This document shows, piece by piece, positions 1 through 7,283 of a stretch of DNA of 10,199 bases (position 1 is its first letter; the number at the start of each line of letters is the position of its first letter). Location: assembly GCA_051117555.1 (NCBI GenBank), contig JBNPEG010000078.1, positions 1-10,199 of the forward strand, in the 5' to 3' direction. A program made the position numbers and the translations under genes. Origin of the DNA: Elainellaceae cyanobacterium. GTDB lineage: Bacteria > Cyanobacteriota > Cyanobacteriia > CAZCXK01. Under the pieces are notes generated by a model. The model did not search any database and was not told the DNA's origin. It saw only the letters and a program-made list of their open reading frames with translations.

Positions 1-33
1 GCATCCTGTCCAACAGTTGGTAAATTAGCTCTT

Positions 34-90
34 GGGCGTGGGCAAGGATCTTCATGAGACTTGCAATTTATTGGTTCCACGCCCTTTTTT
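34..90 (+). terminator. Terminator-like stem-loop with U-tract, probably ending a gene upstream of the window
   Basis: GGGCGTGG (34-41) pairs with CCACGCCC (77-84), followed directly by TTTTTT (85-90). A nested stem GCAAG (42-46)/CTTGC (60-64) lies inside the loop. Confidence 0.55.
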
Positions 91-108
91 CTCATTCCTG
101 CTGCCTAG

Positions 109-963
109 GTGCAAGATATGAGTAGACAAATTATTGGGGCAATACTTTTTCTAATCGGGACATCAAGCCTTACCAATTGCACGTCAACTTCCACCGTCTC
201 TTTTGATGGAGACTTAACAGTTGCCAGTTTCAACGTCGAATCGGGAGACGCTGATCCCAGGGTGATTGCGGATCGTCATGTAGCTCCCATAGATGGAGTC
301 GATATTTGGGGATTTTCAGAAGTTCAGAATTCATCCTGGCTCGATACATTAGAGACAGGAACAGAAGTGGGCGAAGGGAGTGACTTTAAGTCGATTCTAG
401 GAACAACAGGTGGCGGCGATCGCCTAGCGATTGTATATAGCAGTCGTTTACTCCAACCCATCAATTATGAAGAAATTGAGGCTCTTAGCTTTCAGGGCCA
501 TGTCAGAGCTGCGCTCGTGGCTCATTTTCGTCTCAAGGCGACTGGAGAAGATTTTCTGTTTATGGTTAATCATTTATATCGATCTAAGGAAGAGAGCCGA
601 CACCAACAAGCTCAGTTACTGCACCAATGGGTTGCCACTCAAACTCTGCCAGTGGTGGCAGTGGGTGATTACAACTTTGACTTTGATGTGGCTGAGGGAA
701 GTCAGGGCAAACGAGATCAAGGCTTCGACATTTTGACCCAAGATGGCGCATTTGTTTGGATTCAACCCAATCCTCTGATTGCAACTATTTGTAGCGATCG
801 CTACAACAGCGTTTTAGATTTTATTTTTGTTGCAAATGGGGCAATTGCTTGGCCTGTCGAGTCTTCAGAAATTCTATTTGCTGATCCCACTTCTTCATAC
901 TGCCCAGATGATAATACCACCAGCGATCACCGCCCCATAGTGGCAACCTTTCAACTCCCTTAA
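109..963 (+). CDS. Endonuclease/exonuclease/phosphatase (EEP, DNase I-like fold) family protein with an N-terminal signal/lipoprotein peptide
   Basis: 284-aa ORF (GTG at 109, alternative ATG at 118). EEP motifs occur in the expected order: ASFNV, GFSEVQ, VNHL, VGDYN, LDFIF and C-terminal SDHRP. Hydrophobic IIGAILFLIG is followed by LTNC (Cys24) and a Ser/Thr linker. Confidence 0.88.
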   Translation: MQDMSRQIIGAILFLIGTSSLTNCTSTSTVSFDGDLTVASFNVESGDADPRVIADRHVAPIDGVDIWGFSEVQNSSWLDTLETGTEVGEGSDFKSILGTTGGGDRLAIVYSSRLLQPINYEEIEALSFQGHVRAALVAHFRLKATGEDFLFMVNHLYRSKEESRHQQAQLLHQWVATQTLPVVAVGDYNFDFDVAEGSQGKRDQGFDILTQDGAFVWIQPNPLIATICSDRYNSVLDFIFVANGAIAWPVESSEILFADPTSSYCPDDNTTSDHRPIVATFQLP

Positions 964-1040
964 AATTTCCGAACTAGCCAACTCTAGGAGATAATTTTCA
1001 AAAATGCTCTTTCACAGTTCATCTTTGACCAAACTCCATC

Positions 1041-1961
1041 ATGCACAATTTTTTACCCGTCGCTTACTTTCGTAATCAATTTGTTCCGTTTGAAGACGCT
1101 AATATTTCCATCGCAACCCATGCGTTGCACTATGGAACAGGAGCCTTCGGCGGGCTGCGAGGAATTTGCGATCCCCAAGATTCACGGCGCATTCTTCTCT
1201 TTCGCCTCGATCGCCACTGCCAACGATTGAGCGCCAGTGCTCGATTTCTCAACTATGACTTGCCTGCTGACAAAATTCAGAGCGTAATTATTGAGTTTGT
1301 TAAACGCAATCAGCCTGAGACCTCGTTCTACATTCGCCCATTCGTTTATACCTCTGACTTAGGTATCGCACCCAGGCTCCACAAAGTCGAAAAAGACTTT
1401 TTCGTTTACGGCTTAGAATTAGGAGATTATCTATCGCCGGATGGCGTAAGCTGCCGCATTAGTTCCTGGTATCGTCAGGAAGACCGGAGTCTCCCTTTAC
1501 GAGGTAAAATTAGCGGTGCTTACATCACATCATCTCTCGCCAAAACAGAAGCCGTAGAGTCAGGATTTGATGAGGCCATTTTGATGAATTCTCAAGGCAA
1601 GGTGAGTGAAGCGACTGGCATGAATATATTCATCATTAGAAATGGATGTCTAATTACTCCTGGCTTTGAGCAAGACATTTTAGAAGGCATTACACGAGAT
1701 AGTGTACTGGCGATCGCCAATGATTTGGGTATTCCTATAGTTGAGCGCTCCATTGATAAGTCAGAATTATTCATCGCGGATGAAGTATTCTTAAGCGGTA
1801 CAGCCGCAAAAATTACACCCGTTAAACGCATCGAAAACTATCAGCTCTCAACTCATCGACCCATTACTCATAAGCTTCGAGACAAATTGACTGCTATCAC
1901 CGAAAATCATGACCCAGACTATCAAGACTGGGTCAACGCGGTTCATTTAGATGAGACCTAA
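1041..1961 (+). CDS. ilvE: Branched-chain amino acid aminotransferase (PLP fold type IV), cyanobacterial type
   Basis: 306 aa with ALHYG, LFRLDRHCQRL, YIRP, the PLP-lysine region RGKISGAY, GFDEAILMN, SEATGMNIF, ILEGITR and ADEVFLSGTAA. Confidence 0.93.
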   Translation: MHNFLPVAYFRNQFVPFEDANISIATHALHYGTGAFGGLRGICDPQDSRRILLFRLDRHCQRLSASARFLNYDLPADKIQSVIIEFVKRNQPETSFYIRPFVYTSDLGIAPRLHKVEKDFFVYGLELGDYLSPDGVSCRISSWYRQEDRSLPLRGKISGAYITSSLAKTEAVESGFDEAILMNSQGKVSEATGMNIFIIRNGCLITPGFEQDILEGITRDSVLAIANDLGIPIVERSIDKSELFIADEVFLSGTAAKITPVKRIENYQLSTHRPITHKLRDKLTAITENHDPDYQDWVNAVHLDET

Positions 1962-2002
1962 AGCCGGTCGCAATAGAAATCGAAGGCTAACACCTCCGAC
2001 TT

Positions 2003-3844
2003 TTATAGATTGCTGTGGTTGAGAATAGCACCTTGTATTTTTTCAACCACATCAGAAACCGGCATCATCCCTAGTTCACCTGAAGAACGCGTCCGAACAC
2101 TCAGCGAATTAGACTCAACTTCCTTAGCGCCAACAACCGCCATCACAGGCACTTTTTGCTTTTCAGAATTGCGAATCATCTTGCCGAGACGCTCTCCACT
2201 GCTGTCAACGTCAGCACGAATATGGAGCGATCGCATTTGATCGGCTACCTGTTGAGCAAACGCACAATGATCTTCTGTTACAGGCAAAAGACGTACCTGA
2301 GTTGGGGCTAGCCATAACGGAAAATCTCCAGCATATTCTTCAATTAGAATACCGATCAAGCGCTCAAGTGAACCAAATGGAGCCCTATGAATCATCACGG
2401 GCCGACTTCGCGATCCATCTTCAGCAACGTATTCTAAGTCAAACCGCTCTGGCAAATTGTAATCCACCTGAACGGTGCCTAGTTGCCATTCCCGGTCCAG
2501 CGCGTCATGGACAATAAAATCTAGCTTAGGACCATAGAAAGCAGCTTCTCCAATTCCCTCGAAATGCTCCATACCAAGCGTTTCAACAGCTCGCCGAATA
2601 GCATTTTCCGATTTATTCCACGCATCATCTGATCCGATATATTTATTAGAATCTGGATCTCGAAAACTCAGGCGGGCTCTAAATGAGGCATCCAAATGAA
2701 GCGCTCGAAGAGTAGCCTGAATCAAATCAACCACTTTCAGAAACTCATCGTCGAGCTGCTCTGGAGTCACAAACAAATGAGCATCATCCTGAGTAAACCC
2801 GCGAACTCTCGTTAGGCCACCCAACTCACCCGATTGTTCATATCGATAAACCGTTCCAAACTCAGCAAATCGAATTGGCAACTCGCGATAGGAGCGAAGC
2901 TGACTCTTATAAATCTGGACATGAAATGGGCAGTTCATAGCTTTGAGAACAAAGCCATCGTCCTCAGTCTCACCCATCATCGGAAACAAATCATCCCGAT
3001 ACTTTTGCCAATGGCCCGAAGTCTTAAATAAATCAACCCGCCCAATATGAGGTGTGACGACCGGGAGATACCCACGTTTCACCTGCTCATTTTTTAGAAA
3101 ATCTTCTAATGTCGATCGCAGAATTGTGCCTTTTGGAGTCCAAAGCGGCAAGCCCGGCCCCACGACATCGGAGAAAATAAAGAGCCCTAGCTCTTTACCT
3201 AAGCGACGATGATCTCGCTTCAGAGCTTCTTCCTTACGACGCTTATATTCTGCTAGCTGCTCTGGAGTTTCCCAAGCGGTTCCATAAATACGCTGAAGCT
3301 GAGCCTTAGTTTCATCGCCTCGCCAATATGCACCTGCAACAGTTTCTAGATCAAACGCCTTTGGATTAATATTTCCAGTATTTTCTAAATGTGGACCTGC
3401 ACAAAGATCCCACCATTCGTTTCCTAAGTGATAAAGAGTAATCGGATCATCTAGCCCCTCGAGGATCTCTAGCTTATAGGGCTCACCAAGATGTTCAATT
3501 CGCTCCTTAGCCTCCTCTCGACTGATTTCCTCGCGAATCACTGGCAATTTTTTGTTGATGATTTTAATCATCTCCTTCTTGATTGCCTTCAGATCCTTCT
3601 CTGTAAATGGCTCTGGATTGTCAAAATCATAGTAAAAGCCATGCTCAATCCAAGGACCGATTGTTACCTGCGCCTTTGGAAACAGCTTCTGCACCGCCAT
3701 AGCCATAATGTGGGAGGTTGTATGGCGAATCTTTTTCAATGCCTCTGACTCGCTTGTCCGAGGCAGATGAACTTTTTCATGCTGCTTGACAGCGGAAGAC
3801 GCATTTGAGTTAGACATTGGCTGATTTTCAATCACGTTGGACAC
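2003..3844 (-). CDS. thrS: Threonine--tRNA ligase (no N-terminal TGS/N1 domain; editing N2 domain present)
   Basis: Editing motifs RHTTSH and DLCAGPH; AGAYWRGD, LQRIYGTAW, RDHRRLGKEL; Zn-ligand regions MNCPFH, RGFTQDDAH and MIHRAPFGSLER; AFYGPKLD; anticodon-binding domain. The start is uncertain (GTG at 3844 or ATG at 3817). Confidence 0.98.
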   Translation of the reverse strand: MSNVIENQPMSNSNASSAVKQHEKVHLPRTSESEALKKIRHTTSHIMAMAVQKLFPKAQVTIGPWIEHGFYYDFDNPEPFTEKDLKAIKKEMIKIINKKLPVIREEISREEAKERIEHLGEPYKLEILEGLDDPITLYHLGNEWWDLCAGPHLENTGNINPKAFDLETVAGAYWRGDETKAQLQRIYGTAWETPEQLAEYKRRKEEALKRDHRRLGKELGLFIFSDVVGPGLPLWTPKGTILRSTLEDFLKNEQVKRGYLPVVTPHIGRVDLFKTSGHWQKYRDDLFPMMGETEDDGFVLKAMNCPFHVQIYKSQLRSYRELPIRFAEFGTVYRYEQSGELGGLTRVRGFTQDDAHLFVTPEQLDDEFLKVVDLIQATLRALHLDASFRARLSFRDPDSNKYIGSDDAWNKSENAIRRAVETLGMEHFEGIGEAAFYGPKLDFIVHDALDREWQLGTVQVDYNLPERFDLEYVAEDGSRSRPVMIHRAPFGSLERLIGILIEEYAGDFPLWLAPTQVRLLPVTEDHCAFAQQVADQMRSLHIRADVDSSGERLGKMIRNSEKQKVPVMAVVGAKEVESNSLSVRTRSSGELGMMPVSDVVEKIQGAILNHSNL

Positions 3845-3870
3845 GAACTAACAGTCATTCTCTAGCCTCT

Positions 3871-3876
3871 ATCTTA
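3871..3876 (-). promoter_or_regulatory. Candidate -10 box for thrS
   Basis: The minus strand reads GT-TAAGAT (TAnnnT), about 27 nt upstream of the GTG start. No consensus -35 at normal spacing. Confidence 0.3.
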
Positions 3877-4070
3877 ACGACTAGATGAAACGACTAAGCG
3901 CAAGGAATCAGCATCTCATTCGATCGCACTCTAAACCTCTATTCAACGAGCTTCTGATGCTTAAGTCTTCTGATTGCCATTAAATTCCTCAAATATTAAA
4001 AAATATTATAAAATGTAAATTGTGTTAACCTTAAGAAGTGCAATCAATAATAAATTTTAATTTTTTATCC

Positions 4071-4391
4071 ATGTTAAGTCCTGACTCGCCTGAGCGCGAC
4101 CTTCTAGAGGATTTACTGAAGCCACTGCTCGAAGATTTTCAAAATTGGTTTGCTAGGGTGCAGTTGCTTTTAGAAACGGAGTTGATGCCCTTCTTCAACA
4201 CTGAACAGCAAGCAGATTTCTTAGCACTCGTAGAGCAGGCTTATCAAGAAGTTAGAGCTGCTCAGATGCTTATGGAAGCAACGGATTACCGGGTTGGCGT
4301 TGAACTCTCTCTGTTGTGGGCATGGCACCAGCTCGCCACAGAATGCTGGCAACTTGCAGTCCGCTTCCGACTGGAGAAGATAAGCCCTTAG
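4071..4391 (+). CDS. Conserved cyanobacterial hypothetical protein, DUF2605-like
   Basis: 106 aa from ATG 4071 (MLSPDSPE...), preferred to the track's GTG at 4038 because the extension is AT-rich promoter-like DNA. The segments LLKPLLEDFQNWF, EVRAAQML and WHQLATECW match my recollection of DUF2605. Divergent from thrS. Confidence 0.75.
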   Translation: MLSPDSPERDLLEDLLKPLLEDFQNWFARVQLLLETELMPFFNTEQQADFLALVEQAYQEVRAAQMLMEATDYRVGVELSLLWAWHQLATECWQLAVRFRLEKISP

Positions 4392-4609
4392 CGATTAGGG
4401 GGTTGAGCTTCCTTTGTTAGCAGTCTCTTATTTGTGTGCTGTCGTCTACTTGCCATATTCTTCACAAGGAAGTGGAATTTGAGATAAGAAGTTTTAAGTC
4501 GTTTTGTAAATGTCATCCTGAGACTAATTAAACTTAGAGATATTAATTGAGATTAGAGCGTCTACAAAATTGATGGCGCAAGTTATTTCCAGTTTTAGCA
4601 GTTTGGCTT

Positions 4610-4614
4610 GGAGG
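4610..4614 (+). promoter_or_regulatory. Shine-Dalgarno site for the 4622 ORF
   Basis: GGAGG ends 7 nt before ATG 4622. Confidence 0.7.
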
Positions 4615-4621
4615 GGCAAAT

Positions 4622-4966
4622 ATGTTGCATCTCATTTACATCCTTGCATTCACGGTTCTGGCTTTTTTAGCAGTCGGTAATTTAATTCGGAGTTTAATGA
4701 CACTTGGCATAGAGTCCCAACGTTCCTATGGGTCAGCTTCGCAGTCTTCTCCCAAAGCTTCTGGTGATCAGTCGCCTCCACAGAAAAATTCTGGAAATTT
4801 TGCACCTCATCCGGAATTGCTTGACAATTCCGGAAATATTCTCCGGGAACCTTATTTGGTTATGAGATCAGTTACGGTTGATGATGCTCGCGAGCAGCTT
4901 GATTCAATCTACAGATCATCTCCCGGTGCATTAGATAGTTCGTCTGGGGAAGACGAGGAAAATTGA
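4622..4966 (+). CDS. Small membrane-anchored cyanobacterial protein, DUF2973-like
   Basis: 114 aa with an N-terminal TM helix (MLHLIYILAFTVLAFLAVGNLIRSL), a low-complexity linker, a HPELLDxxG...EPxLVMRS motif, DAREQLD and an acidic tail. Good SD site. Confidence 0.8.
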   Translation: MLHLIYILAFTVLAFLAVGNLIRSLMTLGIESQRSYGSASQSSPKASGDQSPPQKNSGNFAPHPELLDNSGNILREPYLVMRSVTVDDAREQLDSIYRSSPGALDSSSGEDEEN

Positions 4967-5559
4967 ACAACTTGTGGTTCAACCTTTTATGTCCTGACAA
5001 GATGTTTTTGAGCAGCATTCTCTAGGATTCGGACATTTCCGATTGGATGCATAAGGTTTGAAGCATTCCTAGCCTTAGCTGTAAATTTATTTATTGTCGT
5101 TAATCTTAATTATTCTGTTGGTTGACTGATTCGAGCGATCGCAGAAGTTTTTCATAATTATATTCGCAAATATTCATATAATTTGACGGTCGTTCACACG
5201 ATCGCCGAGCCATATGCAGTATTTAAAGTAAATCTTATGGGTAAGTGGTTTAAATAAAAAAATATTTATCAAAAATTCGTCTCATTATATTCAATTAACT
5301 TCATCGAACTTAACAGACTAGAGTATGCTGGTTATTGAGTAAATATTCTTATTGACTTAATCGGTCAATTTTGCTGCAAGAGGTGTAAATGATGCACCGA
5401 GTTTTAGAAAATGCAAAGAATATTTTCTGAACTCAGGGCTGAGAGATGTTTAATTCAATTTCTGAGCTTATAAAAAAGTTGCATCAGTAAATCTGCTATC
5501 CAAAGATTCAGCATTGCACCCTATTCAACTGTATCTATACAACTCCCAGGTGGGCTCTC

Positions 5560-7164
5560 ATGATGAGTACTCAATTTCCCTGGCTAACCGCACTTATCCT
5601 GTTTCCACTGTTAGCGTCTCTGCCGATCCCCGTTATACCTGATAAGAATGGAACCATTATTCGCTGGTATGGGCTTTCAGTTGGGTTAGCCGAGTTTGCT
5701 GGTATTATTTACGCCTTTTGGCATTGCTATGACTCTCAAACATCGAGTCTTCAAATGCTTGAGTCATATTCATGGCTGCCTCAAATTGGCCTAGAATGGG
5801 CTGTCGCTGCCGATGGCTTGTCAATGCCCCTCATTATTCTTTCGGGGTTTATTACAACACTGGCAATTCTTGCAGCGTGGCGTACGGATAAAAAGCCTCG
5901 CTTATTCTTTTTTCTGCTCCTGGTTATGTACAGTGCCCAAATTGGGGTCTTTGCCGCCCAGGATATGCTTATGTTCTTCCTAATGTGGGAATTAGAACTC
6001 ATCCCTGTTTATCTGTTGATTTCCATCTGGGGCGGGCAAAAGCGTTTATATGCTGCAACAAAGTTCATTCTTTATACCGCAGTTGGATCAGTCTTTATTT
6101 TGGTCGCAGCCTTTGCAATGGCATTTTATGGGGACTTAGTTACCTTTAATCTGCAAGAATTAGCCCAGAAGAATTATTCCCTTCCCTTCCAGCTGCTAGC
6201 TTATAGCTCGCTGCTAATTGCGTTTGGAGTCAAGCTACCAATTTTCCCGCTTCACACGTGGCTGCCCGATGCTCATAGCGAAGCGCCATCCCCAGTATCT
6301 ATGATTTTGGCGGGTGTGCTTCTCAAAATGGCAGGATATGGGCTAATCAGATTCAATATCGAAATTTTGCCGTCAGCACACGTTTATTTTGCTCCCATAC
6401 TTGCAGCACTTGGGGTAATTAGCATCATCTATGCATCGCTAATCGCGTTTGCCCAACTCAATCTCAAGCGGCGGATGGCATATTCCTCAATTGCTCATAT
6501 GGGCTTTGTTTTAATCGGGATATCCTCCTTTACACCATTGGGAATTAGTGGAGCGGTTTTGCAAATGGTGTCTCATGGTCTGATTGCTTCGATTCTTTTC
6601 TTCCTGTCTGGTGTCGCATATGAGCGAGCACATACTCTTGAGATGGATCAGATGGGAGGAATGGCGAAACAGATGCCGACGACGTTCGCACTCTTTACAA
6701 TAGGTTCGTTAGCGTCTCTCGCATTACCTGGCATGAGCGGATTCGTAGGTGAGTTAGAAGTTTTTCTGGGATTCGCATCGAGCGATGTCTATAGTACAAC
6801 GTTTAGAACCGGCATTACTCTGTTTGCTGCTGTCGGCGTAATTTTGACACCGATCTACCTGCTATCAATGCTGCGGCGAATGTTTTATGGCGCTGAAAAT
6901 CCTGGGCTGTCCCACCTTAATTTGATAGATATCAAGCCTCGTGAATCGTTTATAGCATTATGCTTATTGGTTCCAATCATTGGAATTGGAGTGTATCCAA
7001 AACTTGCGACTCAAATGTACGATATTAAAGCGATCGCCGTTAGTGCTCAAACACGAGACATGATGGCGATTGCACAGGGTTCTCATCATCTTGAACTTCC
7101 TAAGTTTTTCCCTGCTCCACCAATATTGGGAGCTGAGCTTAACGATGTAGTGCGCGGCGACTAA
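5560..7164 (+). CDS. ndhD: NAD(P)H-quinone oxidoreductase (NDH-1) subunit 4, NdhD1/D2 class, stand-alone paralog
   Basis: 534-aa polytopic membrane protein with [84 protein letters not shown] and LTPIYLLSM. No adjacent ndhF or cup genes. The start may be ATG 5560 or 5563. Confidence 0.96.
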   Translation: MMSTQFPWLTALILFPLLASLPIPVIPDKNGTIIRWYGLSVGLAEFAGIIYAFWHCYDSQTSSLQMLESYSWLPQIGLEWAVAADGLSMPLIILSGFITTLAILAAWRTDKKPRLFFFLLLVMYSAQIGVFAAQDMLMFFLMWELELIPVYLLISIWGGQKRLYAATKFILYTAVGSVFILVAAFAMAFYGDLVTFNLQELAQKNYSLPFQLLAYSSLLIAFGVKLPIFPLHTWLPDAHSEAPSPVSMILAGVLLKMAGYGLIRFNIEILPSAHVYFAPILAALGVISIIYASLIAFAQLNLKRRMAYSSIAHMGFVLIGISSFTPLGISGAVLQMVSHGLIASILFFLSGVAYERAHTLEMDQMGGMAKQMPTTFALFTIGSLASLALPGMSGFVGELEVFLGFASSDVYSTTFRTGITLFAAVGVILTPIYLLSMLRRMFYGAENPGLSHLNLIDIKPRESFIALCLLVPIIGIGVYPKLATQMYDIKAIAVSAQTRDMMAIAQGSHHLELPKFFPAPPILGAELNDVVRGD

Positions 7165-7196
7165 CAAATTAGTTCCCAAGACTCTTCCAGAGATTC

Positions 7197-7232
7197 TATG
7201 GCTCCCAAGACTCAAGGGTTTTGGGAGCCATA
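7197..7232. terminator. Hairpin between convergent ndhD and aspS (likely bidirectional terminator or 3' stabiliser)
   Basis: TATGGCTCCCAA (7197-7208) and TTGGGAGCCATA (7221-7232) form a perfect 12-bp inverted repeat, extendable inward with G-U pairs. There is no clear U-tract. Confidence 0.65.
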
Positions 7233-7283
7233 AAAGATTCAATTATTCCTAACTTACCTAAGCCAGCTCTTTTACAAGGTGCC

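Noticed and set aside
1..57. 3' end of an upstream CDS
   Set aside because: All three + frames end in stops within the first 57 nt, so the real frame cannot be identified from this window.
431..784. ORFs 431-736 (+) and 584-784 (-)
   Set aside because: Alternative-frame or antisense shadows inside the EEP gene, with no recognisable motifs.
1592..3748. ORFs 1592-1831 (-) and 2010-2240, 2302-2517, 2834-3031, 3491-3748 (+)
   Set aside because: Antisense shadows of ilvE and thrS.
4015..4028. NtcA-like site GTA-N8-TAA upstream of the DUF2605-like gene
   Set aside because: It mismatches the TAC half-site and lies in very AT-rich DNA where such near-matches are expected by chance.
4978..5062. Imperfect long-range inverted repeat after the DUF2973-like stop (TTCAACCTTTTATGTCC / GGATGCATAAGGTTTGAA)
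   Set aside because: It needs several bulges, so it is too weak to call a terminator or sRNA without folding statistics.
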